This document shows positions 33,325 through 41,234 of a stretch of 64,000 bases of DNA, in pieces. The notes under the pieces are model-generated. The model did not search any database. It was not told where the DNA came from and saw nothing but the letters and a program-made list of their open reading frames with translations. Each line of letters begins with the position of its first letter. Positions within the stretch are counted from its first letter, which is position 1. Source of the DNA: an uncultured Chloroflexia bacterium (lineage in GTDB: Bacteria; Chloroflexota; Anaerolineae; Anaerolineales; UBA4823); assembly GCA_963706905.1 (NCBI GenBank), contig CAVPNY010000019.1, positions 27,458 to 91,457 of the forward strand, given 5' to 3'. The position numbers and the translations under genes were made by a program.

Positions 33325-36300
33325 ATGACTCAACCTGCCTCACCACCTGATGATCAAGAAGCCATTGATGCCCGCGGTTTGCAGGGCTTTATCGACCAGC
33401 CCTCTGGCCCGGTGGAGCAGGTCTTTGGCGATCGAGTCGCCGGCGACAAGGTCGCGGGCGATAAAATCGCGGGCGATAAGATCGCCGGTGACAAGATCGT
33501 CACCGGCGGCGGTGATTACATCGTCTACAACATCACCACCACCGTGGTCAGCGAGGCGCAGGTCAAGACCATTGAAGACCTGCCGCCCGAGCCTGGCGAG
33601 GCGCCCTTCCAGGGCTTGCAGTACTTCGACGAATCCGACGCCGAGCGCTTCTTTGGGCGCGAGGAGCTGACCGCCCGTATCGTCGGCCGCCTGGGACGGG
33701 CACCTTTCCTGGCGGTGATCGGCGCCTCCGGCAGCGGTAAATCCTCGCTGCTGCGCGCCGGGGTGATCCCTGCCCTGCGTCGCGGAGAGCGCCTGGCAGA
33801 CGGCAGCCTGCCCCCTACCGACAGCCCGAAGTGGGCTATCCAGGTTATTACCCCCACCGCTCACCCGCTGGACGCCCTGGCGGCGGCCTTGTTGCCCGAG
33901 CCCGAGCAACTGGCGGCCATGACCGCCTTGCGCGAGCAGCTTGCCCAGCACCCTGAGATGTTGACCCAGGCGGTCAGCCAGTACCTGGCCCGGCATAAAA
34001 ATCCGCACCTGCTGCTCTTCGTGGACCAGTTCGAGGAGCTCTTTACCCTGTGCCGCAAACCAGACGAGCGCGAAGCCTTTATCGCCAGCCTGCTTTCCGC
34101 GGCTGCGCCGGATGAGACTGGCAATCTGAGCCTGCTGATCGCCCTGCGCGCGGATTACTATGCCCAGGTGGCGCAGATCGAGCGCCTGCGCGAGGCCGTC
34201 TCGCAGTCCCAGGAGCTCATTGGGGCGATGAGTCGCACCGAGCTGGCGCGCGCCATCGACCGTCCATTGGCCCTGGGAAACTGGCAGATCCAGCAGGGGT
34301 TGATTGAGGTCATTCTGGGTGATATTGGATACGAGCCCGGCGCCCTGCCGTTGCTTTCGCATGCCCTGCACGAGACCTGGCTGCGCCGCCGCGGCCGCAC
34401 CCTGACACTATCTGGCTATACCGAGGCAGGTGGGGTGCGCGGCGCGGTCGCTCAGACCGCCGAGGCGGTTTTCCAGCGCCTGCCAGCCCTGCAGCAGGAG
34501 GTAGCGCGCAGCATTTTCCTGCGCATGGCCGAAGTCGGGCAGGATTCGCAGGATACGCGCCGCCGGGCGACTTACGACGAGCTGATCACGCGCTCGACCG
34601 ATGAGCTGGTGATCGACGCTGTGGTGGGCGTCCTGGCGGATGCCCGTCTGGTGACTACCGATACCCTGCAGCCGGGCGGCGAGAAAATTGTCCAGGTGGC
34701 GCATGAAGCCTTGATCCGCGAGTGGCCCACCCTGCGCGGCTGGCTGGATGAGGACCGCGAAGGTCTGATCCTGCACCAGCGCCTGGCGGAAGCCGCCGAT
34801 GATTGGTCCAAGCTGGGGCGCGATCCGGGCGCGCTGTACCGCAGCGCCCGATTGAAAGCTGCCCAGGATTGGGCGACCGCCCATCCTAAGGCGATCAGCG
34901 TGCTGGAGGAGGAATTCCTGAAAACCAGCCAGCAGGTTGCCGATCAGGAAGCCGCGGATATCATCCGTCTCAGACGCGCCCGGCAAATCCAGCGCATTAT
35001 GATCGGGGTGACTATTGCCCTGGTCGCAGCAGTGGCTTACCTGGCCTATACCTTCTTGATCAAGAAGACGCCGGCAGTCATGGATGGTTTCTTCAATGTC
35101 GCTATCGCTTCCGCCCCTGGACCAGCCACAACCACTTCGGACGCCAATCCGGCTTTTACGGAGGCGCTGTACACCAACATGCGCCGTGCGCTGGGCGACA
35201 ATTCCAACATTCTGGTATGGCGCGACAGCCCCGAGCTGCGCGACCTCAATGTAACTATCGGGTCTGTGGAGGGGGAAACCCCCGAGGCGCAGACTCAATC
35301 GGCCGATCAAATGGCAGCACGCTTGCATGCCAATATGGTGATCTATGGCAGCCAACAGAGCGGCCCGGATGGGCGTGAATTTGTCTTGCAGTTCTACCTG
35401 GCGCCTCGCGAAGGAACCGACTATGCCGACATCCAGGGCGGGTTTGACCTGGGCTGCCACGCTTCGCTGGAGGATCAGCCTGGATCCTTTTATATTATCC
35501 CCACCGAGCTGGAATCGTATTTTGGCGGCTGCGCCAGCGCGCTGGCCCAGATCGCCCTGGGCTTGAGCGAAGCTGAACTGGGCCATTCACTCGAAGCGCT
35601 GGAAGCCTTCCAGAAAGCAAGGGATTATTTTTCGACCTCTGAGGTGATCCAATTCCTGATCGGGCGTGAATACCTGTTCCTGGTCGACCGCGAATCGGTG
35701 TTGAATTTCGTCCGGGATGAATTCTACGCCCAGGCTGCACAGGCTTTTACCGTTTCGGCTAATCTCAATCCTGGATATCCCCGCGCCCATATCGGGCTCG
35801 GTTCCGTTTACTTTAAACAGGCGCGTGACCTGGAGGACAAATCGGTTTCTGATTTTGGAGCCGGTGTCAGCTCCCCAGAGCAGTTAGCCCAAGCCTTGCA
35901 GCTCGTCGATCAATCCATCGCCGAATACGGTAAAGCCCTGGAATTAGCCGCCAATGACCTCTCGGGTATCCCGGTTGACAGCGTAGCCCGCCAGGGCCAG
36001 GGCAATGCCCTGAAACTAAAAGGCGAGATCCTGTTAGATCAAGGCCAGACTGAGCAGGCCCGGGGGTATTTCGAGCAGGCGGTGCAGGCTTTGGAACCCA
36101 CGATCGGGTCTTTCGAACAGTCTGGTCAAGCCCGCTACCTGGCGCAGACTTACGAATATCTGGGCCGGGCTTATTTATATCTGGGATCGGCTGATGAGCA
36201 GGTGCAGGCCTATGCTGATGGGTTGGTTGCTTACCAATCAGCCCTCAACTATTTCGACCTGTGCATCGCGCAGGCGGAGTCGACCCAGGACTTTATTATT

Positions 36301-36384
36301 AAAACGAATATAGTGGCAGAAGCCTGCCAACTCAACCGCGAGTTTGTGCAGGAGCGCATTGCACTATTAGGAGGTACGCAATGA
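33325..36384 (+). CDS. STAND-like P-loop NTPase with N-terminal 5-residue repeats, one TM helix and C-terminal TPR-like domain
   Basis: GDRVAGDKVAGDKIAGDKIAGDKIV repeats, Walker A GASGSGKSSLLRAGVIPAL and Walker B LLLFVDQFEELF. Conserved blocks are shared with 16199..18220/13702..16329 (PLLSHAL.ETW.RRRGR.L.L.GY; QDTRRR; VAHEALIREWP.LR.WLDEDR). TM helix IMIGVTIALVAAVAYLAYTFLI. The C-terminal ~250 aa consist of TPR-like helices. Confidence 0.85.
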   Translation: MTQPASPPDDQEAIDARGLQGFIDQPSGPVEQVFGDRVAGDKVAGDKIAGDKIAGDKIVTGGGDYIVYNITTTVVSEAQVKTIEDLPPEPGEAPFQGLQYFDESDAERFFGREELTARIVGRLGRAPFLAVIGASGSGKSSLLRAGVIPALRRGERLADGSLPPTDSPKWAIQVITPTAHPLDALAAALLPEPEQLAAMTALREQLAQHPEMLTQAVSQYLARHKNPHLLLFVDQFEELFTLCRKPDEREAFIASLLSAAAPDETGNLSLLIALRADYYAQVAQIERLREAVSQSQELIGAMSRTELARAIDRPLALGNWQIQQGLIEVILGDIGYEPGALPLLSHALHETWLRRRGRTLTLSGYTEAGGVRGAVAQTAEAVFQRLPALQQEVARSIFLRMAEVGQDSQDTRRRATYDELITRSTDELVIDAVVGVLADARLVTTDTLQPGGEKIVQVAHEALIREWPTLRGWLDEDREGLILHQRLAEAADDWSKLGRDPGALYRSARLKAAQDWATAHPKAISVLEEEFLKTSQQVADQEAADIIRLRRARQIQRIMIGVTIALVAAVAYLAYTFLIKKTPAVMDGFFNVAIASAPGPATTTSDANPAFTEALYTNMRRALGDNSNILVWRDSPELRDLNVTIGSVEGETPEAQTQSADQMAARLHANMVIYGSQQSGPDGREFVLQFYLAPREGTDYADIQGGFDLGCHASLEDQPGSFYIIPTELESYFGGCASALAQIALGLSEAELGHSLEALEAFQKARDYFSTSEVIQFLIGREYLFLVDRESVLNFVRDEFYAQAAQAFTVSANLNPGYPRAHIGLGSVYFKQARDLEDKSVSDFGAGVSSPEQLAQALQLVDQSIAEYGKALELAANDLSGIPVDSVARQGQGNALKLKGEILLDQGQTEQARGYFEQAVQALEPTIGSFEQSGQARYLAQTYEYLGRAYLYLGSADEQVQAYADGLVAYQSALNYFDLCIAQAESTQDFIIKTNIVAEACQLNREFVQERIALLGGTQ

Positions 36385-36806
36385 GAAAAAAGCAAACCTA
36401 TCGTCTATTGATCTGGTCCCTGGTGGTTGTCCTGGCGCTGCTGGCTTGCGGTATCTCGGTTGATACCGGTTCCGACACACCCGAAAACCAGGCGCCTCCC
36501 ACCAGCACCAACCCCGCGCCGGTGGAGCCCAGCCCGCTGCCGCCCACCGATACCCCTCCCGCGGCGCAGCCTTCCCCAACCATCCAGCAAGCTGAGGCGA
36601 CCGAGCCTCCCGCGCAGCCCTCACCGACCGACGCCCCACAGTGCACGGTGCTCCAGGATCTTTTCTTCCGCTCTGGCCCTGGCACTTTATACGATCCACC
36701 AGTGCGCGCCCTGGAGCCGCAAACCGTGCTTTCCCGCAGGGCTATAATCCGGTGGGTGTGCCCGGCGGTTCCTGGGTGCAGGTGCGCGAGCCGCAGGCCA
36801 ATCTGA
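36381..36806 (+). CDS. Lipoprotein, N-terminal fragment (signal/lipobox, Pro-rich linker, start of SH3-like domain); same gene as 36641..37300
   Basis: The ATG overlaps the stop of the NTPase gene (ATGA at 36381-36384). Signal peptide plus lipobox (ALLACG). After ...CTVLQDLFFRSGPGTLYDPPVRALEPQTVL the frame is lost at the T-run near 36730-36732. Confidence 0.75.
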   Translation: MRKKQTYRLLIWSLVVVLALLACGISVDTGSDTPENQAPPTSTNPAPVEPSPLPPTDTPPAAQPSPTIQQAEATEPPAQPSPTDAPQCTVLQDLFFRSGPGTLYDPPVRALEPQTVLSRRAIIRWVCPAVPGCRCASRRPI

Positions 36807-37300
36807 TCGGCTGGGTCAGCGCCGGGGAGCAGTACGTCGACTGCAATATCGATCTCACCAGCCTGCCCTCCGTGGCGGTGGAGCCGCCGCCGCCGCCCGC
36901 CCCGCCCAAGACCGGCAACTCAGCCCCGGATGGCTCCTTCCCGGATAACCTGATCTTTACAGAGGATTTCGATCGGGATTATCTATACCGCCTGTACGCC
37001 CACGATATCAACGTCGGCGAGGGAGATGGCGACGGGATTGCATCGATCGAGTTCACCATCCGCGATGCGGATGGCAATGAAGTCCATTCGAATAGCGAGG
37101 AGACGCCCGGATTCTGTGTCTTTGGCGGCGGCGAGCCGAATTGCAACACCTGGCTGCTGGAGGACTACGTCTACAAGTGGCCTTCCACGGGTATTCCGGT
37201 CGAGGATGGAGTTTATGAGCTGCGGGTGCGCGTGATCCTGGACGACGACTCCCAGGGCGATGGCAACTGGAGCTACGATCTCACTGTAAGTTTGGATTAG
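36641..37300 (+). CDS. Lipoprotein, C-terminal fragment (rest of SH3-like domain, Pro-rich linker, beta-rich C-terminal domain)
   Basis: The real coding part begins ~36733 (FPQGYNPVGVPGGSWVQVREPQANLIGWVSAGEQYVDC) and directly continues the upstream fragment if one T is added. It ends ...GVYELRVRVILDDDSQGDGNWSYDLTVSLD. Confidence 0.75.
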   Translation: MHGAPGSFLPLWPWHFIRSTSARPGAANRAFPQGYNPVGVPGGSWVQVREPQANLIGWVSAGEQYVDCNIDLTSLPSVAVEPPPPPAPPKTGNSAPDGSFPDNLIFTEDFDRDYLYRLYAHDINVGEGDGDGIASIEFTIRDADGNEVHSNSEETPGFCVFGGGEPNCNTWLLEDYVYKWPSTGIPVEDGVYELRVRVILDDDSQGDGNWSYDLTVSLD

Positions 37301-37314
37301 ATTGTATGTGAATC

Positions 37315-37693
37315 TTACAATCCCAACTGGTTTTGGATGAAGGATCTAATGGCCTGAACGGATTTAAACGCAGCCCTGGCTTCTGATTTTTCGGCGCTCT
37401 CTCCTGGGTAATGAAAACGGACTGCGTATCCTTCCAGGATGCTGAGATCTGGATTCAGGAAAGCCAGCGAAGGATCTTGTTTCAAGCAAAGCGCGAGCAA
37501 ATCATTGAGGTTGTGCGTCTTTGGGATATTTTGCCCAGCTTCCTGGAGCAGGGCCTTCAAATACTTCTCAGCAGTCTGTTGGGCATGAAAACAGACCGTG
37601 TCATAATTTGGAGATTCCTGGCTCTAAGCTCTCTCTGCGCAGTTTTAAAGTCCCCTCCGCTTTTTCCACCCATTCAAGCGTCAGGGGATTCAT
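37315..37693 (-). CDS. HEPN-domain protein (toxin-like partner of the MNT), interrupted by two 1-nt frameshifts
   Basis: Three-frame reconstruction gives MNPLTLEWVEKAEG / DFKTAQRELRARN / SPNYDTVCFHAQQTAEKYLKALLQEAGQNIPKTHNLNDLL...GYAVRFHYPGE. Frame changes fall at the G-run 37652-37655 and at 37615-37616. The ORF track shows only 37315..37560. Confidence 0.7.
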
Positions 37694-38035
37694 AGAGGAC
37701 AACGCCGCGTTCGACGATCTCTTTTAAAAAGAATCCCCCAATGAAATTCTCTGTTTCAGTCTTTCAGGGGTATATACGATGATGTCTAAACCAAACAGGG
37801 GGTTGAGCGACTGACGGATTTCCAGTGCTTGATGAATTTCTCTAAGCTGAGTGTTCATGATCACCAGGATATCCACATCGCTCTCGGGTTTAGGCTCCCC
37901 ATATGCGTAGGAACCGAAGAGAATGATCCTTTCCGGGTGGAATTGCTCGGCGATGCGCCTGGTTAATTCCTGGATGACACGATCTGATATCTTCGTGCGC
38001 TGATCGATGGTCGGGACTTCAAGCAGGATATCCAC
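37674..38035 (-). CDS. Minimal nucleotidyltransferase (MNT, antitoxin-like), 1-nt frameshift near its 3' end
   Basis: RIILFGSYAYGEPKPESDVDILVIM is the GS-x10-DxD nucleotidyltransferase motif. The ORF stops at 37724 (…LGDSF-stop). Adding one T to the T5 run (37726-37730) gives ...DSFLKEIVERGVVLYESPDA-stop at 37674, which overlaps the HEPN start. Confidence 0.8.
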
Positions 38036-38075
38036 GGTATTTCTCAGGGTGATTATACTTGAAAACCGATGCAGA

Positions 38076-38876
38076 TTATTTTCCCCACTTCTTTAACAGA
38101 TCCTCACCCTTGTAAAACTCCCAGGCCAGCACAAACAAGGCTACCTGCGAGAAAGCCAGCCAGACGAAAATGACGGTCAAGATAACCGCGGCCCAATCCA
38201 GCCAGCCAGGGATGTTTGCTTGCAAATCCTGCACGCGCCCCTGGTAGGCGCTGATCTTTACAGTATAGCTGTCTAGCATGGCCAGGTTTTCCTGGATGGT
38301 TGTCTCCCAGTTGGTGAAGCCGGACGAGAAAGTCTCCACCGTCTCCTGGGTCAGCGTGGAGACATCCTGCACCTTCTGTTTGGTCTCCAGGATCTGGCTG
38401 TTCAGGTCGGCCACGTTTTGGGCGATCTGGTCGATGGTCTCCACACCGGGGATCTCGATATTGACTAGCGGCAGGTCGTTGAGCGATTCAAGCGATTCCT
38501 TGAAAGATATGAATTTATCCCGAAAGCTGCTCACTGTCCCGGCGGCCTGATCCAGGATCGGCGTCAGCGTGTTTTCTACTTTGGCGACCACCTCCGCCAG
38601 CACCTGGGTGTCCTCCATCGCATCCAGCCCGATGGCTTCGAGAGCCGTCTGGAAAATATCGATCTGCGCCTGGGCTGATTCCAGATTTTCCTGGGCCGTC
38701 TGCAGATTCGTTTGTGTCAGGGTCAGGTCGGCCTGGATGGCGCCCAGCTCTGTCATGGCCTGGTCGGTGAAGCGCGCATTATATACCCAGGCTGCGGCGA
38801 TGCCTGCCAGGCTGGCGATAAAGAAGAAGACGCTCAGGATCAGCAGGATCAGTCCCAGGATGCGTTTGTTTTTCAT
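38076..38876 (-). CDS. Membrane protein with long coiled-coil ectodomain/loop, function unknown
   Basis: 266-aa ORF with an N-terminal TM helix (ILGLILLILSVFFFIASLAGIAAAW). A ~190-aa Q/E/L/T-rich helical region follows, then two C-terminal TM helices (AAVILTVIFVWLAFSQVALFVLAW). Confidence 0.6.
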   Translation of the reverse strand: MKNKRILGLILLILSVFFFIASLAGIAAAWVYNARFTDQAMTELGAIQADLTLTQTNLQTAQENLESAQAQIDIFQTALEAIGLDAMEDTQVLAEVVAKVENTLTPILDQAAGTVSSFRDKFISFKESLESLNDLPLVNIEIPGVETIDQIAQNVADLNSQILETKQKVQDVSTLTQETVETFSSGFTNWETTIQENLAMLDSYTVKISAYQGRVQDLQANIPGWLDWAAVILTVIFVWLAFSQVALFVLAWEFYKGEDLLKKWGK

Positions 38877-38978
38877 CAGATGATCTCCTCGATAATATCT
38901 GGAACGATTCTAGCACGGAGGCACGCAGGTGGATATGCGTCAAATGCCGGATTTTTTAATTCAAACCAGGTGTTTAAA

Positions 38979-39009
38979 GTATTTGGACGGGTTATGCCCG
39001 TCCAAATAC
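38979..39009 (-). terminator. Putative terminator hairpin downstream of the giant repeat-protein gene
   Basis: 13-bp stem GTATTTGGACGGG / CCCGTCCAAATAC with a 5-nt loop, 40 nt past the stop at 39050 on the minus strand. It is followed by only a weak T-tract (TTTAAAC). Confidence 0.4.
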
Positions 39010-39049
39010 TGTTCATTCCACCCCTCAAATCGATTGAAATCCCACCCGA

Positions 39050-39301
39050 TTAGCGGAAGATCATCGGCAGCAGGAGTATCTCGTCTGCCTCATTCGGATC
39101 GATGATGATCACCGCGTCGCTGAACGGGCCGACTTTGCCGTCCCGGTCCACGATCGCCACCCGCCAGTAATAGGTGCGCCCGATCTCGTAGTTTTTCGTG
39201 GGGGTATAGCGGGTGTTATCCGTGGTGATCGAGTTCGTACATCGGCGAGAAGGTAGCATACTGGGATACCTCCAGCTTATAGCTGGCTGCCCCGAGAACA
39301 T
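39050..39301 (-). CDS. Giant YYWRV-repeat surface protein, fragment 3 (C-terminal)
   Basis: The real coding part starts ~39233 (SITTDNTRYTPTKNYEIGRTYYWRVAIVDRDGKVGPFSDAVIIIDPNE...). It continues fragment 2 (...YKLEVSQYATFSPMYE) after a frameshift near 39229-39236. Confidence 0.7.
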   Translation of the reverse strand: MFSGQPAISWRYPSMLPSRRCTNSITTDNTRYTPTKNYEIGRTYYWRVAIVDRDGKVGPFSDAVIIIDPNEADEILLLPMIFR

Positions 39302-41234
39302 AAGGCGTCACCCCATCCCCCGCTGTCCAGACGAAAGTGGGCGTCTTGGCGATGCGGTTGCCGTTTTTCGGCGAGAGGGGCAGCGCCACCGGATATTGTT
39401 TGGTGAACACCGCCGCCGGGCTGTATTCGCCCAGCTTGTTCATCCCGTCGATCATCGCCACCCGCCAGTAGTAGGTGCCGTCATCGTAGCCCTTCATGGG
39501 GGTCCAGCAGGACTGCTCGGTCTCGGCTTGCTCGTAGATCACCGAGAAGGTGGGATCGCCCCGGCTGACCTGCATGCGGTACTTGTAAGCCGCCAGCACC
39601 GGCGTCCCACCCGATTCCTTGATCAGCGGCTCCCAGCAGAAAGTGGGCGCGCTGCGCACGGCGTGACTGGGGTCGGCGTCGTTTGGGGTCAGCCCCTGCG
39701 GGTAAGGCAAGGCCAGTGTGAATTCCTCCTTGGGGCTCCATTCGTTAATAACCTGGTTATTTTGGTAGCGCGTGACCCGCACCCGCCAGTAGTAGCTGCC
39801 GTTGTTGAGCGTGCTGGGGTGGGTGTAGGAATTCTGCGCGGTGCGGATGGCGATATCCGGGGAGCCAAAGTTGGGATCGTTATCCACCTGCAGGTCGTAA
39901 TTCATGGCGCCTTCGACAATATCCCAGGAGAAACTTGGGGTGGCGAAGTCGACCGACTCAAGCAGGTTGGTAGGGATAAAGCCCTTGCGCTCGAAGCGCC
40001 ATCCCTGGCTCCATGCTCCGTACATCGTGCAATTCGTTAAGTAGCAAGGTTGGACTCGCCAGTAATAAGTATTGTCTCCTTCAAAATCGGTCGGCCAATG
40101 GTTGCTGGTAGAAGCATAATATGAGCCGGTGGATTTAACCGTGAATTCTGCCACCTGGGTGGTGAACAGCGGGTCCAGGTAGACGCCCATCCTGGCTCCG
40201 TTCCAGGGGGAGGCTGGAGCTGAGCCGGTAGGGTTGTCCCATCGGAAAGGCGGGACGAAGGGGAAAGCTTTAGGCTCTCCAACGGTGTAATTGGCAGGCG
40301 TGACCAGGTTCACCCGTTCGGAGACGCTGGTGAAGCGGCTGAGAGGCCCGCTGCCGGGTGCGAGTGGATCGGAGGGCACGCTGTCCTGCGGCGTGCCGCT
40401 GCCGGACGGCAGGCTGAAGAGTGACAGGGCGTAGCTGCCGGTGTCATCCTGCATGCCAATGGCGGTGTTGGGCACCCTGAACTCCACATATTTACTCACA
40501 TTATCCCAGGTCAGATCGCCGCCAATGCTGCTCAGTAATTGCGGGCTGTTCCAACCGCTGCCGTTCCAGGCGTAAACGGCGGTCTGGCTGGCGGAGAAGG
40601 TTTGGCTAGTCTGGTTGATGTAGATGGCGAACTCCGGTTGATGGGCCGGGATGGTGGTGACGGTGTAACCCCGAGCGTCAAACGTCGCCCCGGAGTCGTC
40701 TGTATGGTCCACGTCGAGGTACAGTGCGTAGGTCATGTTCGCCGCGGCAGTGTTAGCGTTAAATCCGAAATACCAGTAATGGGTATCCTGAGCAGCTTGC
40801 AGGGTGGTCAGCTCGAAGTTGTTATCCGCTGTGTCGTCTGGATCGTCAGCGATGATCAGCTGGTTGGAGGCGTCGCCCAGCGTGCGTTCGTCGACGCGTT
40901 CGCTCTGGGAGGCGATCTGGAAGCGGCGCACCTCACTCCAGGTTCCCAGCGGGCTGCCGCTGGAGCGTGCCCGCACCCGCCAGTAGAAGGTCCCGTAATC
41001 GGTGCGCTCTAACAAGCGTTGGGCCAGGCTGGTGTCTGGTGAGTACACCGCATAGGGGACAGTGGCTGTAACCAGCCTGGTAGTGAAGGTCGAATCATCG
41101 CTGATCTGCACCTCGTAAGCGTCGGCGCCGTCCTTCGGCCACCATTCCAGCAAAGGCGTGGTTTCGACGATCTCCGCGGCGGGTGCCGGGCGAAGCAGCT
41201 GCGGCGCTGAGTTGGTCTTGGGAGTTAACCCCAA
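39216..41234 (-). CDS. Giant YYWRV-repeat surface protein, fragment 2
   Basis: 672-aa ORF with repeated ~85-100-aa modules (W.....GA..Y..Q(V/I)S.D..F..........T.....(L)..G.YYWRV(R/Q/A)). It continues fragment 1 after a frameshift near 41270-41275. Confidence 0.8.
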   Translation of the reverse strand: MGLTPKTNSAPQLLRPAPAAEIVETTPLLEWWPKDGADAYEVQISDDSTFTTRLVTATVPYAVYSPDTSLAQRLLERTDYGTFYWRVRARSSGSPLGTWSEVRRFQIASQSERVDERTLGDASNQLIIADDPDDTADNNFELTTLQAAQDTHYWYFGFNANTAAANMTYALYLDVDHTDDSGATFDARGYTVTTIPAHQPEFAIYINQTSQTFSASQTAVYAWNGSGWNSPQLLSSIGGDLTWDNVSKYVEFRVPNTAIGMQDDTGSYALSLFSLPSGSGTPQDSVPSDPLAPGSGPLSRFTSVSERVNLVTPANYTVGEPKAFPFVPPFRWDNPTGSAPASPWNGARMGVYLDPLFTTQVAEFTVKSTGSYYASTSNHWPTDFEGDNTYYWRVQPCYLTNCTMYGAWSQGWRFERKGFIPTNLLESVDFATPSFSWDIVEGAMNYDLQVDNDPNFGSPDIAIRTAQNSYTHPSTLNNGSYYWRVRVTRYQNNQVINEWSPKEEFTLALPYPQGLTPNDADPSHAVRSAPTFCWEPLIKESGGTPVLAAYKYRMQVSRGDPTFSVIYEQAETEQSCWTPMKGYDDGTYYWRVAMIDGMNKLGEYSPAAVFTKQYPVALPLSPKNGNRIAKTPTFVWTAGDGVTPYVLGAASYKLEVSQYATFSPMYELDHHG

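Noticed and set aside
33340-35586. Long minus-strand ORFs (33340..34371, 34408..35586) antisense to the STAND NTPase gene. The same applies to 4003..4710, 27181..28050, 39213..40040, 43278..43937, 47710..48414 and 57386..58486.
   Set aside because: They are Arg/Gly/Ala/Pro-rich with no recognisable motifs. They lie exactly opposite genes with strong motif evidence. These are typical shadow ORFs of GC-rich DNA.
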